A stretch of DNA of 62,200 nucleotides, the filler included. It is 4 parts of 4 records of this genome, joined end to end, with 100 filler letters (N's around TTAATTAATTAA, not from the genome) between each part and the next. Parts side by side here need not be neighbours in the genome. Positions count along the whole stretch, not along the records: positions 28,815 to 51,467 come from SRR20825019_3110; positions 51,568 to 62,200 come from SRR20825019_3116; 2 more parts are not named here. One strand, given 5' to 3'. The notes below the pieces were generated by a model. That model was not told the DNA's origin, ran no database searches, and worked only from the letters and a program-made list of their open reading frames with translations. Both the position numbers and the translations under genes were made by a program. Positions within the stretch are counted from its first letter, which is position 1, and every line of letters starts with the position of its first letter. This document shows, piece after piece, positions 48,704-60,011 of the stretch.

Positions 48704-49702
48704 TTATAGAGTTGCGAAATGTGAGGCCAAATCTACTAATTTTGCGGAATAGCCATATTCATTATCATACCAAGCCACTAACTTAAAGAAATTATTATTA
48801 AGTGCAATGCCAGCGTTGGCATCAAAAGTACATGTATGCGGGTCTGACACAAAATCCTGTGAAACAACTTCGGCTTCAGTATAGTTTACAATCCCTTTGT
48901 ATTCATTTTCGGAAGCATTTTTAAAAAGTGATTTTATTTCTTCATAAGTCGCAGGTTTTTCTGTGCGAACCGTTAAGTCTACCACCGAAACATCTGTAGT
49001 GGGTACTCGAAAAGCCATCCCGGTTAGCTTATCCTTTAACTCAGGAATTACTTTTGTAACAGCAACCGCCGCCCCAGTTGTTGTTGGAATAATATTGCTG
49101 AGTGCACCTCTACCCAATCTATAGTTTTTGCGTGAAGGCTGATCAACAGTAGATTGCGTAGCTGTTACAGAGTGAACCGTTGTCATTAATCCTTCAATTA
49201 TTCCAAATTCATCATTTATAATTTTTGCTAGTGGTGCGAGGCAATTTGTGGTACACGAGGCATTTGAAATTATACTATCTGTAGCTTTTACTTGCTTGTG
49301 GTTTACCCCCATTACAAACATTGGGATTGTTTTGGAAGGAGCAGAAACTACTACTTTTTTAGCACCAGCTTTTAGATGTGCTGAAGCAGAATCCATTTCT
49401 TTGAAAATTCCGGTGCAATCGATTACGATAGTAGCTTGAACAGCATCCCATTTTAAATTTTCAGGATTTTTTTCTGAAGTAACCCTTATCTTATTGCCGT
49501 CTACAATTAAATTACCATCCTTAACTTCTATTGTACCAGGATATTTTCCGTGTACTGAGTCATATTCTAATAAATATGCAAGATGAGCTACATCTAGTAA
49601 ATCGTTTACGGCAACTACTTCAATATCTTTTCGTTGTGAAGCAATTCTAAAGGCTATTCGCCCAATGCGTCCAAAACCGTTTATTCCTATTTTCGTTTTC
49701 AT
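48704..49702 (-). CDS. gap: Glyceraldehyde-3-phosphate dehydrogenase type I
   Basis: [39 protein letters not shown]. Confidence 0.98.
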   Translation of the reverse strand: MKTKIGINGFGRIGRIAFRIASQRKDIEVVAVNDLLDVAHLAYLLEYDSVHGKYPGTIEVKDGNLIVDGNKIRVTSEKNPENLKWDAVQATIVIDCTGIFKEMDSASAHLKAGAKKVVVSAPSKTIPMFVMGVNHKQVKATDSIISNASCTTNCLAPLAKIINDEFGIIEGLMTTVHSVTATQSTVDQPSRKNYRLGRGALSNIIPTTTGAAVAVTKVIPELKDKLTGMAFRVPTTDVSVVDLTVRTEKPATYEEIKSLFKNASENEYKGIVNYTEAEVVSQDFVSDPHTCTFDANAGIALNNNFFKLVAWYDNEYGYSAKLVDLASHFATL

Positions 49703-49713
49703 TCTTTTTTCTT

Positions 49714-50697
49714 TTAAATTGAAATAATATCCGCCACGCGAATTAAATCTACATCAATTTCGTTATTTCCTTTCATTGTTTCAGAAAAGGAAACAGAGGT
49801 TACTTTGTTATGAACAATACCTATCATAACATTTTTTTTACCACCCAATAACGCATCTATAGCACCAACACCCAATCTGCTTGCAAGTACGCGATCGTAA
49901 CAACTAGGGGAACCGCCGCGTTGAATATGACCTAAAACAGTGACTCTTACTTCATATTCTTTTAAGTTTTCTTCAATATATTCAGCAAGCCCAAAAATAT
50001 TTTTTCCTATTTGATCGCCTTCTGAAACAACAACAATACTTGAAGTTTTACCAGACTTTTTACTTCTACTTAAAGATTCCAACAACCGTTCACGCCCCAT
50101 ATTTTGTTCGGGAATCAATATTTCTTCTGCTCCCGCTCCAATTCCAGCGTTTAAAGCAATATCACCCGCATCACGCCCCATAACTTCTACCAAAAAAAGA
50201 CGATTATGAGAGTTTGCAGTATCCCGAATTTTATCAATAGCCTCAACAACTGTATTCAAAGCCGTGTCATAACCAATGGTAAAATCTGTGCCGTTTATAT
50301 CGTTATCTATTGTTCCCGGAAGCCCAACAATTGGGAAGTCAAATTCATTTATAAACACCGAAGCGCCAGCAAAAGTTCCATCCCCGCCAATAACAACCAT
50401 AGCATCAATGTTTTCATTCTTAAGATTATCAAACGCTTTTTTTCTGCCTTGAGCAGTCATAAATTCTTTAGAACGTGCAGATTTCAAAAAAGTGCCCCCT
50501 CTGTTTATGATATTTTTTACAGACCGCGCATCAAGTTGTTTAAAATCTCCTTCTATTAAACCTTGGTAACCGCGATAAACACCAACACATTCAATAGAAT
50601 GATATACACATGCACGAACCACAGCTCGAATTGCTGCGTTCATTCCTGGTGCATCTCCTCCACTAGTTAAAACGCCTATTTTTTTTATTGATTTCAT
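49714..50697 (-). CDS. pfkA: ATP-dependent 6-phosphofructokinase
   Basis: [38 protein letters not shown]. Confidence 0.97.
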   Translation of the reverse strand: MKSIKKIGVLTSGGDAPGMNAAIRAVVRACVYHSIECVGVYRGYQGLIEGDFKQLDARSVKNIINRGGTFLKSARSKEFMTAQGRKKAFDNLKNENIDAMVVIGGDGTFAGASVFINEFDFPIVGLPGTIDNDINGTDFTIGYDTALNTVVEAIDKIRDTANSHNRLFLVEVMGRDAGDIALNAGIGAGAEEILIPEQNMGRERLLESLSRSKKSGKTSSIVVVSEGDQIGKNIFGLAEYIEENLKEYEVRVTVLGHIQRGGSPSCYDRVLASRLGVGAIDALLGGKKNVMIGIVHNKVTSVSFSETMKGNNEIDVDLIRVADIISI

Positions 50698-50901
50698 TTG
50701 TAGGAAATTTTTAATGCTTTTTTACCTTATAAAATACAGTTTTTATATAAAAATACGTGTTAGTACGTATAGTATTGACCGTTTTCATGAGTTATATTTG
50801 AAAAATAGAATTAGTGGATAATGCATCTGAGATTATTTTTTGTGGGGATAAAGAATATTCTATATGCACATTAAAGTTTACTAAGTTAGGTTTGTTAAAG
50901 G

Positions 50902-50930
50902 AATCCCGGCCATTGGTCGGGATTTTATTT
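50902..50930. terminator. Hairpin/terminator downstream of the CocE-like gene
   Basis: AATCCCGGCC-ATT-GGTCGGGATT with a T-rich flank on the + strand. Confidence 0.55.
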
Positions 50931-50940
50931 TACACCTATT

Positions 50941-51467
50941 TTATTCTTTTTTCAAAACTGTAAATTCGATTGACGAATCATTATAAACACGATGCGTTTG
51001 CTTTTTAAAGTCAGTTGCTTTGGCTTCAAAAATGTTTGGCACAAAAGTTTGCGGATTCAAGTCGATTAATGGAAACCACGTACTCTGTACTTGAATTTGA
51101 ATTTTATGCCCTTTTTTGAAAGTGTGATTTACATCTTGAAGCTTAATTGAAACAGTCGTTTTTTCATTTGGAATAAAGGCTTCCGGAGTACTGAAACTAT
51201 TTCTAAAGCGTCCGCGCATTACTTCACTTCGGACCATCATAAAATAATTATCCATTTTTAAATACGCTTGTGTTTCAGGAAAATCTTCTGCATCACTAGG
51301 AAAAACATCTATCACTTTTACAACCCAATCTGCATCTGTTCCAGTTGTTGAAACGTTTAATTTTGCCAAAATTGGACCCGCCATTGTTACATCTTCAGTA
51401 AGAATAGGCGTTTCAAAAACCAAAACATCTGGACGGCGCGCAGCAAAACGCTGATCGTCGGTCATAT
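50941..51467 (-). CDS. CocE/NonD (alpha-amino acid ester hydrolase-like) C-terminal domain, truncated by contig end
   Basis: DQRFAARRPDVL, TGTDADWVVKVIDV, RGRFRNSF, HTFKKGH.IQIQVQSTWFPLIDLNPQ. Confidence 0.87.
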
Positions 51468-51567
51468 NNNNNNNNNNNNNNNNNNNNNNNNNNNNNNNNN
51501 NNNNNNNNNNNTTAATTAATTAANNNNNNNNNNNNNNNNNNNNNNNNNNNNNNNNNNNNNNNNNNNN
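51468..51567. other. Artificial contig spacer
   Basis: 44 N + TTAATTAATTAA + 44 N. Confidence 0.99.
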
Positions 51568-52971
51568 GGCGCCATCGGCAAGCGCGGAGACGCGTGAATC
51601 GAGCAGGCCACCAATCTTCTCGGTGGCTTCGTCCGTCCTCTGCGCGAGGGTGGCCATCCGTGTGTCGAACAAGGTGGCGAGGTTATGGGTCGCATCTTCC
51701 GTGCCCTTGGTCAGGGAGGCGATGCGGGTATCGAGAAGGCTTGCCACGGCATCGCCCGACGTCGTGATCCGCTCCGAAAGGCTTTGGATCCGATCGTCAA
51801 TGCCCTTGTGGAGGTTTCCACCCGTGCCCTCGAGCTGCTTCAGAAGGGCCTCGCTCGATGCGTTCACCGAGGCTGCAAGTTGTCGGGATGCATCGGCAAT
51901 GGTCGCGCGGATGCGCTCGCCGGCCGTATCCAGTTCATCTTTCAGAATCTCGTGTGCGCCGGCAATGGACGCACGAACGCGTTCTGCGTGGCCTACAATG
52001 CCTTCGCGCTCAGATCCGAGGCCATCCACCAGATGGCGGATGCGCGTTTCGTTTTCCGAATAGGCGCGCTCAAGTTCACTTACCTCGGTGTGTACCAGTG
52101 TTTCGAGTTCCACGGCGCGCGAGAGGGTGCGATCCATGCCGTCACCCATCGCCTGCACTTCGCGACGAACCGCCTGGCCAACGGTCATAATGCGTTCGTG
52201 GGCAAGGTTTTCTGGTTCGGCAAGGCGGAAGGCTGCCTCAGCCATTGATTGCGCGGCCAGCCTCATCTCCTGAGCGCGGCGCACCATGACGGCAAAGCCC
52301 CAGAACAGGATGACCGGTACGACAATGCCTACGAGCAGCGCGATTGCATGCGGTGCCGCCAAAAGGGCATCGGTAGAGCGGATTTGCCAAAGATCGGGGC
52401 CATAGAGCATCTGGCCGAGGAGAAGGCCGCCGCCAATCCAGAGGGCCGAAAGGATGGCGACGAGCCAATAGGCAGTGTTCGGGGCGCGACGGTCGAACTT
52501 GCGCATGACTGCACTGAAGTCGCCGGCCCGGTCGTCGTTGGCGGGCGCAAATGGCTGGGCAGCAGTGTGCTCGGGCTCGGGATCGACCGGTGTGAGGTTC
52601 TTCCGGTTGGCAGGGGTTTCCTGGGATTTCTCGGGCCTGGCGACGGTGCTGCTGGCTTTCTCAGGCGCAGCGGCGGTCGAAACCGGAGTGCTCGCCTTTG
52701 CGCCCGGGGCATTTTTAGCCGTTTCCTTGGAGGATGGCGCGGTGTCTTTCTTCTCGCTCACGGCGACTTTCTCGTCTCCGTTCTGATCGCGATTTTCGCG
52801 CGCGAGTTCCTCGGCCGCTGCAGAAATCTGCGCTTCCAGGTCCTCCATGGAGGCGGCGATGTCCAGGTCGCCATTCTCCAAGCCGTCTGCAAGCTCCAGG
52901 TCGAGGGCATCCTCGAGTTCCTTCGCAAAATCGCGCTTGGGTTGATTCTTCTTTGCTACTGTACGCGCCAT
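51568..52971 (-). CDS. Growth-pole ring (GPR/RgsE-like) apolipoprotein-repeat membrane protein, N-terminal part
   Basis: Acidic N-terminus, PANDD, two TMs, RRAQEMR..A.SM.E.A.RLAEPE, VGQAVRREV, ELE.LVH.EV..LERAYSENE; helical repeats; truncated by contig end. Confidence 0.78.
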
Positions 52972-53120
52972 ACCGCCAAACCTCAGCTACTCTCTGCCGG
53001 AGCCTCATACGCAAACCAGAGGAACCTCGTACTCCGACACTATGCCCAAAATGAGCCAAGCGTATCGTAATGGGACAAGGCTCCGTTGAAAACACGCAAT
53101 CGGTCGGATGTGTAAAAGTT

Positions 53121-53136
53121 TAAACATAAGGTTAAC
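53121..53136. promoter_or_regulatory. Possible CtrA box in the divergent GPR/Hpt intergenic region
   Basis: TAAA-CATAAGG-TTAAC, one mismatch to TTAA-N7-TTAAC; further TTAA half-sites nearby. Confidence 0.45.
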
Positions 53137-53240
53137 GACGTTTATGGTGAAACAGTCGCTTTGCACTGAAGCCGTTAACCCGTTGTCCATCCGGCATTAA
53201 TAGGGTGTGAAAGGTGACGTAGAGGAAGTCGGGGATCAGG

Positions 53241-53594
53241 GTGCAGATCATTTCAGGTGGGCTTTTTGACGAGGGGCATTCAGCAACGGGCGTGATACCG
53301 TTCGATCTGAAGCATCTGGCACGTCAAACCATGGGCGATGAAATGTTGGCGCTGGAAATCCTTGGTATGTTTCGGCGACAGATCGAGGGAATGAGCGAGC
53401 GCATGCGTGGATGTGACCTTCAATCGAGACGCGAGATGGCACATGCGCTTGTCGGTTCTGCGCGAGGAGTTGGAGCAGGGGCGATTGCTGCCTGCGCTGC
53501 GGCGATCGAAAAGAATCCGGCAAATGATGAAGGCATAACGCAATTGGCGAAATTAATCTGCGAAGCCAATGAATTCATTTCGAGATTGCGATAA
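53241..53594 (+). CDS. Stand-alone Hpt domain protein
   Basis: DLKHLARQTMGD..L..EILGMF, AHALVGSARGVGA. Confidence 0.82.
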   Translation: MQIISGGLFDEGHSATGVIPFDLKHLARQTMGDEMLALEILGMFRRQIEGMSERMRGCDLQSRREMAHALVGSARGVGAGAIAACAAAIEKNPANDEGITQLAKLICEANEFISRLR

Positions 53595-53743
53595 TCTTTC
53601 ACCGCAGGCGCAGCCATGGATTGCCTTTGCGGTCCAAAAAACATAAGTGAAACGCGAAACTTGGGCGTAGTGGCCTATGTGCTGTTGCCTCCAGTGCCTC
53701 GCCCCGCAATTTGCGACAATCCCACCAACTGCTGAGTGCCCGC

Positions 53744-54064
53744 ATGCCGAAGATCACCTATATCATCCCCGATGGCACGCGCTTCGATGTCGATGCCGAC
53801 AACGGATCCACGGTCATGGAAAACGCAATTCGCAACGCCGTGCCCGGCATCGAAGCGGAGTGTGGCGGGGCCTGCGCCTGCGCGACTTGCCACGTCTATG
53901 TGGGTGAAGAGTGGTCTGACACGGTCGGACAGCCTGAAGCCATGGAAGAGGACATGCTGGACTTTGCCTACGAGGTTCAGCCGACGTCACGTTTGTCCTG
54001 TCAGATCATTGTGCGCGACGAACTGGACGGTCTCGTTGTTCGCATTCCCGAACGACAAGCCTGA
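53744..54064 (+). CDS. 2Fe-2S ferredoxin (adrenodoxin/putidaredoxin type)
   Basis: [28 protein letters not shown]; start MPKITY at 53744. Confidence 0.94.
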   Translation: MPKITYIIPDGTRFDVDADNGSTVMENAIRNAVPGIEAECGGACACATCHVYVGEEWSDTVGQPEAMEEDMLDFAYEVQPTSRLSCQIIVRDELDGLVVRIPERQA

Positions 54065-54105
54065 CTTGTTGGCTTTCGCAAGCCAAGGGGGTGTATCGAA
54101 GCGCT

Positions 54106-54720
54106 TTACCCGGGGTTTCGCCCTTTTTCGAGCTGCTCCAGCCGGTAGTTTAGCAGGCGCATCAATCGCCATTCGAAATTGCCGCTTTCGATCCGGTCGA
54201 ATCGCGCTTGTGCTGCATCGTGTTCCTCGAGCTTCTTCTGTGTCACGCGTTCGGCGCGCGCCTGGAGCGTTTCACACGAGGCGTGCGGGGCAAGATCTCC
54301 GATTTCGCGTTCTATGCTGCGTGCGTAGCGTTTGGCGATCCCCAGATGGCTCTCTTCATGGCGCTTGATGTCTTTGGAGAGTGTGTCCCAGACTAGAGCG
54401 GTTTCCGGGCCAGCGGTCTTGCGGTTGCGCCAGCGCGGAAGGAAAACACGCGCATCGACTGTGACTTTCACGTCGGCGATGCGGCAACGGCGCTTGTGTT
54501 CCTTGTACGTAATCTTGGTCTTAAACTCCATACGCGTGGCGCCGGGGTGACGTTGCCCGGTGCTTTGCACATGGGGCCCCCGTGAACGGAGCTGTTGCTC
54601 TATCTCGCTCAGCGTTTTCCCGCCGATCGAGAAGTAAGTATAGGTACGGGAAATGTCGGCGCTTTCGGCGGGCCATGCAGCAAAGGCCAGCAGGGCGAAT
54701 GTCAGCGTGATGCGTTTCAT
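54106..54720 (-). CDS. DUF922-like secreted putative Zn-dependent protease
   Basis: Signal peptide from ATG 54720; RHPGAT, LPRW, IKRHEESH (HExxH). Confidence 0.8.
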   Translation of the reverse strand: MKRITLTFALLAFAAWPAESADISRTYTYFSIGGKTLSEIEQQLRSRGPHVQSTGQRHPGATRMEFKTKITYKEHKRRCRIADVKVTVDARVFLPRWRNRKTAGPETALVWDTLSKDIKRHEESHLGIAKRYARSIEREIGDLAPHASCETLQARAERVTQKKLEEHDAAQARFDRIESGNFEWRLMRLLNYRLEQLEKGRNPG

Positions 54721-54872
54721 ATTGTCTCCCAAAAACACCCTGCGACTTCGGCCGCACGATGACAAGCCTGGCCTGAGCGGTTTCCGACTCGATCCGTCAA
54801 ACACATTGCGGTTGATTTTGGCGGCAATGAGCCGCAAAAACGCCTGATTGTGATCCGGAGGCTGAAAGCCCT

Positions 54873-55709
54873 ATGACTTTTCCTGTCTGGAGACTTGCGC
54901 ACGGGCGCGAACTTGTTCTCGGACCAGATGCCATCATCATGGGCATTTTGAACGTTACACCGGACAGTTTTTCCGATGGTGGCGCTTTTGTGAGTCTGGA
55001 GGCTGCGCTCCATCAGGCCAAACGATTAATCGGAGACGGGGCACATATCGTCGATATTGGCGGTGAATCGACGCGTCCAGGCGGTGCCCCTGTGTCCGCA
55101 AGCGAAGAGCAGGACCGGATCTTGCCGGTGTTCGAAGCGCTCGCCGGCCGCGATGACATTTTGCTCTCTGTAGACACCTATCGGGCCGAGACAGCCCGGC
55201 TTGCGGTCGCGGCGGGAGCGCATATCGTCAATGATGTCTGGGGGCTCCAGCGTGAGCCGGGTATTGCGGCTGTTGCTGCGAAAAGCGGGGCAGGGCTTGC
55301 CATCATGCACACGGGCCGCGAGCGTGAGAAGCTGCCTGATGTAATTGCAGACCAGTTCTCGTTCCTGCGGCTCTCTCTGGAGATTGCTCGTCAGGCAGGT
55401 GTCAGAGACGAACAGATCATACTGGATCCGGGATTTGGCTTTGCCAAGGATACGGCGGAGAATGTCGAGATCATGGCCCGTTTCGAAGAATTGGCAGGGC
55501 TTGCCTTTCCTCTCCTTGTCGGTACATCGCGGAAGCGCTTTGTCGGGGCTGTCACAGGCCGGGAGAGTGCCGAAGCGCGGGATGTGGGAACAGCCGCGAC
55601 CAGTGCGCTGCTGAGAATGAAGGGCGCGGCCGTTTTTCGCGTGCACAATGTCGCAATCAACAGGGATTCCCTGAGAATTGCGGATGCTATGCTTGCAGCT
55701 CAGAGATAG
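54873..55709 (+). CDS. folP: Dihydropteroate synthase
   Basis: MGILNVTPDSFSDGG, DIGGESTRPG, LDPGFGF, GTSRKRF, FRVHNV. Confidence 0.97.
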   Translation: MTFPVWRLAHGRELVLGPDAIIMGILNVTPDSFSDGGAFVSLEAALHQAKRLIGDGAHIVDIGGESTRPGGAPVSASEEQDRILPVFEALAGRDDILLSVDTYRAETARLAVAAGAHIVNDVWGLQREPGIAAVAAKSGAGLAIMHTGREREKLPDVIADQFSFLRLSLEIARQAGVRDEQIILDPGFGFAKDTAENVEIMARFEELAGLAFPLLVGTSRKRFVGAVTGRESAEARDVGTAATSALLRMKGAAVFRVHNVAINRDSLRIADAMLAAQR

Positions 55710-55721
55710 GCCGGTGAGGCG

Positions 55722-56084
55722 ATGATGTATGTAATCCGGATGAAGAACTGCGCTTTCTTCGCGCGACATGGCGTGCATGACGAAGAGGAGCGCCTGGGGC
55801 AGCGTTTTTATGTGGACGCGGAGCTGACCGTAGAGCCCGAGCGGGCACTTAGCGACGATTCCCTTGAGGGGACAGTTGATTACGGCGCCGCCTTCAAGGT
55901 CATTGAAGAGATCATTTCCGGCAAACGCCGCTTTCTGATCGAGGCGTTGGCACTCGAGGTAGCGAAGGCCCTTGCTTCCCGTTTCCCGCAGATCGCGCGC
56001 TCCGAAATCACGATACGCAAGCCCAACGCACCCGTTCCCGGGGTCTTGGACTATGTCGAGGTTTCCCTGGCCTGGCCCCAATAA
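55722..56084 (+). CDS. folB: Dihydroneopterin aldolase
   Basis: FFARHGV..EE..LGQRF.VD, TVDYG, LIEALA, IRKPNAP. Confidence 0.96.
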   Translation: MMYVIRMKNCAFFARHGVHDEEERLGQRFYVDAELTVEPERALSDDSLEGTVDYGAAFKVIEEIISGKRRFLIEALALEVAKALASRFPQIARSEITIRKPNAPVPGVLDYVEVSLAWPQ

Positions 56085-56085
56085 G

Positions 56086-56595
56086 ATGCAGGATGTCTAT
56101 TTGGGGTTGGGTGGCAATGTCGGCGATCCACGTCGCGCGATGCAGATGGTTTTGTCCACGTTGGATGCCAGGGATGATACTGAAGTCCGTTTAGTTTCAT
56201 CGCTCTACCGAACGCCGCCGTGGGGTAAGCTTGATCAGCCTGATTTTCTCAACGCCGTTGCCTGGGTGCGCACCAGTCTTGCTCCGCACCCGCTCCTTGA
56301 ACAATGCCTGACGATTGAGCGCGCGCTCAAGCGCGTGCGCCAGGAGCGGTGGGGACCGCGCCCCATCGACGTGGACATACTTTTTTATGGAGACAGGGTC
56401 GTGGATGACGCCGGGTTGACAATACCTCATCCGCGCATGGCTGAGCGTGCGTTTGTCCTGGCTCCGCTGGCCGAGATCGCGCCGGCGCTGGAGATCGGCG
56501 GACGATCAGTCAGGACACTTCTGGAAACGCTTGATCAGAGCGGCATGGAGCGCATCACACGGGACGGATGGTGGTGGCGCGAGGGCAGCGCATAG
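56086..56595 (+). CDS. folK: 2-amino-4-hydroxy-6-hydroxymethyldihydropteridine diphosphokinase
   Basis: Start ATG 56086; YLGLGGNVGD, QPDFLNAV, RWGPRPIDVDIL, PHPRM.ERAFVL.PL. Confidence 0.96.
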   Translation: MQDVYLGLGGNVGDPRRAMQMVLSTLDARDDTEVRLVSSLYRTPPWGKLDQPDFLNAVAWVRTSLAPHPLLEQCLTIERALKRVRQERWGPRPIDVDILFYGDRVVDDAGLTIPHPRMAERAFVLAPLAEIAPALEIGGRSVRTLLETLDQSGMERITRDGWWWREGSA

Positions 56596-56658
56596 AAGGC
56601 AGTCGACAAGGGATTCTCACTCTATAGAGGCGAGAACGCCTCTCTATCGTGCAGTCGG

Positions 56659-57204
56659 TTATTGGCGAGCGATGGCTTCAATGCCACCGGAATCCGTGCG
56701 CTTCAGCTTCATTCCGATCACAGGAACCATGTCATCGTTCACCTGCACGGATATCGTGATGTGCATGGTATTTTTGTCGCTGATGCGCGCGCGCATGGCA
56801 CCGCTCAGTGAGGAGCGGTGAAGCGCGAAGACCACATCGTTCCCAATGACCTTGCCTCCGGTAACATCGAGACCCTTTCCGGCTGCGCCATCAAGGAATG
56901 TGCCACGGTAGCCGCCTTTTTCGCGGACAACACTGGCCTTCATTGGTTGCGTGAAAACCCCGACACGGCAAGTTCCGTCCAGCGCCATCCCGATATTTTT
57001 CTCGGGGGTGCCGCCGTCGAAATTGCAGACGAATTTCGTTCCCTTGTACTTGCCGGCGACGATTTCGCCCGGGCCAGACCAGCTTCCTTCGACGGACTGG
57101 AAAAAACGCCTCTCGCTTTCTGAAGCTTCCGCCGCGCCGGCCAATCCGGACATTGGGGCTGCAGCAGCGGCCAAAAGGGCAAGCTTGAGCGCGAATTTCA
57201 GCAT
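56659..57204 (-). CDS. Secreted hypothetical protein
   Basis: 181 aa with signal peptide; GSWSGPG, two Cys, beta-rich. Confidence 0.75.
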   Translation of the reverse strand: MLKFALKLALLAAAAAPMSGLAGAAEASESERRFFQSVEGSWSGPGEIVAGKYKGTKFVCNFDGGTPEKNIGMALDGTCRVGVFTQPMKASVVREKGGYRGTFLDGAAGKGLDVTGGKVIGNDVVFALHRSSLSGAMRARISDKNTMHITISVQVNDDMVPVIGMKLKRTDSGGIEAIARQ

Positions 57205-57404
57205 GAGCTAAATGACCAGGTCTGGTTGAAACAAAATCTGACGGGAATCCTGCCGCAGATTGGTTAAGGCTTTATCTACCATACCGGGGCGATTCGGTGC
57301 AGCCGCTGTGCGCATCAAACCCTGGCGCCCAGACATGATAGTTGCCGGGTGTGTCTTTTGAGACTCACCTGGCTGCCTCGTGTGTGCGGAAGAGTCGTTT
57401 CCGC

Positions 57405-58463
57405 CTACGCGCTGTCTTTGCTCGCATTCTTGGTTGCAGTGAAACTCGTCAGCGCTTTTAGGAAATCTCCCACACCAGGCCGCGGAATGGCGTTGAAGGG
57501 CAGCGGCCGGGCTGCATCCATTGCAGCAATGCCGATGCGCGCCGTCATCATGCCATTGACCACGCCTTCGCCGAGTTTTGCAGACAGGCGCGCAGCGAGC
57601 CCGTGGCCGACGACCTGCTGCACAAGGGTTTCACCCGCAGCCATGGAGCCGGTGATTGCAAGATGTGCGAGAATGCTGCGCACGAGACGCATGAATCCTA
57701 GAAATCCGGGCCGCGCGCCGTAGAGGTCGGCGATGCGTCGCGTCAGCCGTGCGGCCTCGAAAAGCACATAGACGATATCAACAAGTGCACGGGGGGAGAC
57801 GGCTGTTACCACCGAAACCCGCTTGGCAGCATTCAAAACTTGCGTGCGCGCCAACGCATCAAGGGGGGCAAGGAGTTCCTTCTCGGCAACTGCGAGCAGG
57901 TCCGCGCCGTCGATCACATCATCGTTCAGACCGTGGAGAGTCTTGCGTCCGGCCGCCGTCTCGGGCTTTTGCGCGAGAAGACCCACGAGATGTGCCACCG
58001 TTTTCCGGGCTTCTCTGGCGTCATTTCGAAGGATCGCATCCGTCGCATCCCGACGCAGGGCTTCGATGGAAGCGAGCCGCATGATGCCGAGCACCTCCCG
58101 AACGATGATTGCCACGAAGGCAGTCAAAGCGATCGCGGCCACGCCCAGCGCCAGCCAGCCAAGCCAGTCGGCACGGTTGAAAAGATCTCGGATCAACCGG
58201 TCGGTCCAAAGGCCGATCGCCAGCGAAATGAGAATTCCGAATGCTGCGAAGAACACACGCCCGAGGAGGGATCGGCGGCGAGGCGGGACGGGTGGTGGGT
58301 CAGTGAATGCCGGGTCCGGGCTGGCAAAGAAATCGTCGCTTTCGGCGACCACCGCTACCGCCTTGCCCGGCTCGATTGACCGGGGTTTCCGTTTGGTCGC
58401 CGGCTTTTCGGGATTGGCGGATTTCGGTGGATCGATGCGAAATGAAGCGGGCGCTCTCTTCAT
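57405..58463 (-). CDS. ycjF: YcjF family membrane protein
   Basis: Two TMs; AKRVSVVTAVSPRA, LYGARPG, LSAKLGEGVVNG.MTARIG..AM...RPLPF; overlaps ycjX. Confidence 0.9.
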   Translation of the reverse strand: MKRAPASFRIDPPKSANPEKPATKRKPRSIEPGKAVAVVAESDDFFASPDPAFTDPPPVPPRRRSLLGRVFFAAFGILISLAIGLWTDRLIRDLFNRADWLGWLALGVAAIALTAFVAIIVREVLGIMRLASIEALRRDATDAILRNDAREARKTVAHLVGLLAQKPETAAGRKTLHGLNDDVIDGADLLAVAEKELLAPLDALARTQVLNAAKRVSVVTAVSPRALVDIVYVLFEAARLTRRIADLYGARPGFLGFMRLVRSILAHLAITGSMAAGETLVQQVVGHGLAARLSAKLGEGVVNGMMTARIGIAAMDAARPLPFNAIPRPGVGDFLKALTSFTATKNASKDSA

Positions 58464-59941
58464 GCAAGATGGTCTCCGACGAGAAACTGAAGGGCCCGGT
58501 CAAGTCTGATATGCGGTAGTGAAAGGGTAATGCCTTCTGCCGTCCGTTCCAGCCGCGGTGGACGGAACCGCACAAAACGAAGCGATTGTTCTGGAGCGGG
58601 GCTGCTGCTGTCTTGATCCGGTTTCGGCTGTTGAAAGATCAGGCCGGGCTTTTCGGGCAGGTCGCCCGGAAAAACAGCCGTTTCCGTTTCGCCGTCGAAT
58701 GTGTCGCCGGCGATGGTCTCACCCTCGAGAGGTGTTCCGATAATGACAGGCAGTGTTTCCCTGCCTTGTCTCACTGTTCCTTCGCGTGTGGCCCGTACGG
58801 CTGCCATTGCGAGGACGTCCACCGTGGCGCCGGAGAAATCGGCCCTGGCAATGGCGCGGTCGGCGAGCCTTCGCACGATCGCCTGCAACCGGTCATGGCT
58901 CTCATGATGAATATGATCTGCCTTGGTCGCAGCGACGAGTATCCGGTCAATGCTATGGGAAAACAGCCCGGTCAGAAGATTTCCACGCCCCTGACGAAAG
59001 CACGAAAGGATCTCCGCCAGTGCCCGTTCGAGGTCGGTCACCGCCTCAGCTCCGGCGTTCATGGCCTGCATTGCGTCAATCAGAACGATCTGGCGGTCGA
59101 GCCGGGCGATGTGCTCGCGGAAGAATGGGCGAACTACATGCGTTTTGTAGGCCTCGTAACGTCGCTCCATCATGGCGTGGAGTGAACCGGACCTGGCCTT
59201 TGTGCCAGGCTGGACGTTGAGAGGAGCAAAAGTCAGGGCTGGAGAACCTTCAAGCTCGCCAGGCATCAAAAACCGGCCGGGCGGCAGTGTCGAGAGTGCA
59301 CGGTGATCGGATTTGCAGGCACGCAGATAGGATGAGAAAGCCTCGAAGAGTCTACGTGCCGTCATTTCATCGGCTGGTTGGTCCGGGTCGCAATCGCGCG
59401 TCTGGCCACGCCACTCCTCCGAGAGATCGGCTCGTACAGGCAGGACTGCCATCTCCAGCGCCTCACGGCTGAAAGTCTCGTAATCCTTCAACAGGAGGGG
59501 GAGATCGAGAAGCCATTCTCCAGGATAATCAACGATATCGAAGGACAATTTTCCGCGCGACAGCAGTCGATTCCATGCCGATGCGGACTCAAACTCCACG
59601 GTCAGGCGGAGTTCGGAGATGGCGCGCGTGGATTCTGGCCAGACGCGGTTTTCAACAAGCGCGGCAATGTGATCTTCATATTGAAAACGAGGTACGGCAT
59701 CGTCGGGCTGATGTTCGAGATAGGCTTTTGAAATCCGACCCGAGCTTTGTGCTTCGAAGAGGGGCAGGCGACCGCCATGCAGCAGATTGTGCACGAATGC
59801 GGTGATGAACACGGTCTTGCCTGCGCGCGAAAGCCCGGTGACCCCAATTCTAAGCGAGGGCGAAACGAGACCGGCAGCGCGACCGGCGAGCGTGTCGAGA
59901 GCAATCCGCGCTTCGTCTGTGTATGTGGTCAATGAAGCCAA
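58460..59941 (-). CDS. ycjX: YcjX family P-loop NTPase
   Basis: LRIGVTGLSRAGKTVFIT, DIVDYPGEWLLDL, AATKADH, LPHIRLDRALQFL. Confidence 0.92.
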   Translation of the reverse strand: MASLTTYTDEARIALDTLAGRAAGLVSPSLRIGVTGLSRAGKTVFITAFVHNLLHGGRLPLFEAQSSGRISKAYLEHQPDDAVPRFQYEDHIAALVENRVWPESTRAISELRLTVEFESASAWNRLLSRGKLSFDIVDYPGEWLLDLPLLLKDYETFSREALEMAVLPVRADLSEEWRGQTRDCDPDQPADEMTARRLFEAFSSYLRACKSDHRALSTLPPGRFLMPGELEGSPALTFAPLNVQPGTKARSGSLHAMMERRYEAYKTHVVRPFFREHIARLDRQIVLIDAMQAMNAGAEAVTDLERALAEILSCFRQGRGNLLTGLFSHSIDRILVAATKADHIHHESHDRLQAIVRRLADRAIARADFSGATVDVLAMAAVRATREGTVRQGRETLPVIIGTPLEGETIAGDTFDGETETAVFPGDLPEKPGLIFQQPKPDQDSSSPAPEQSLRFVRFRPPRLERTAEGITLSLPHIRLDRALQFLVGDHLA

Positions 59942-60011
59942 ATGGCGAAATCCTCAAAAATCGCAAGACCTTGCATATAGGAACCCGAAGCCGTGATTGA
60001 AGAGCGTTCCC

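Noticed and set aside
46252-50697. pfkA-gap-kinase-pgi cluster as a novel operon
   Set aside because: Ordinary glycolytic housekeeping arrangement
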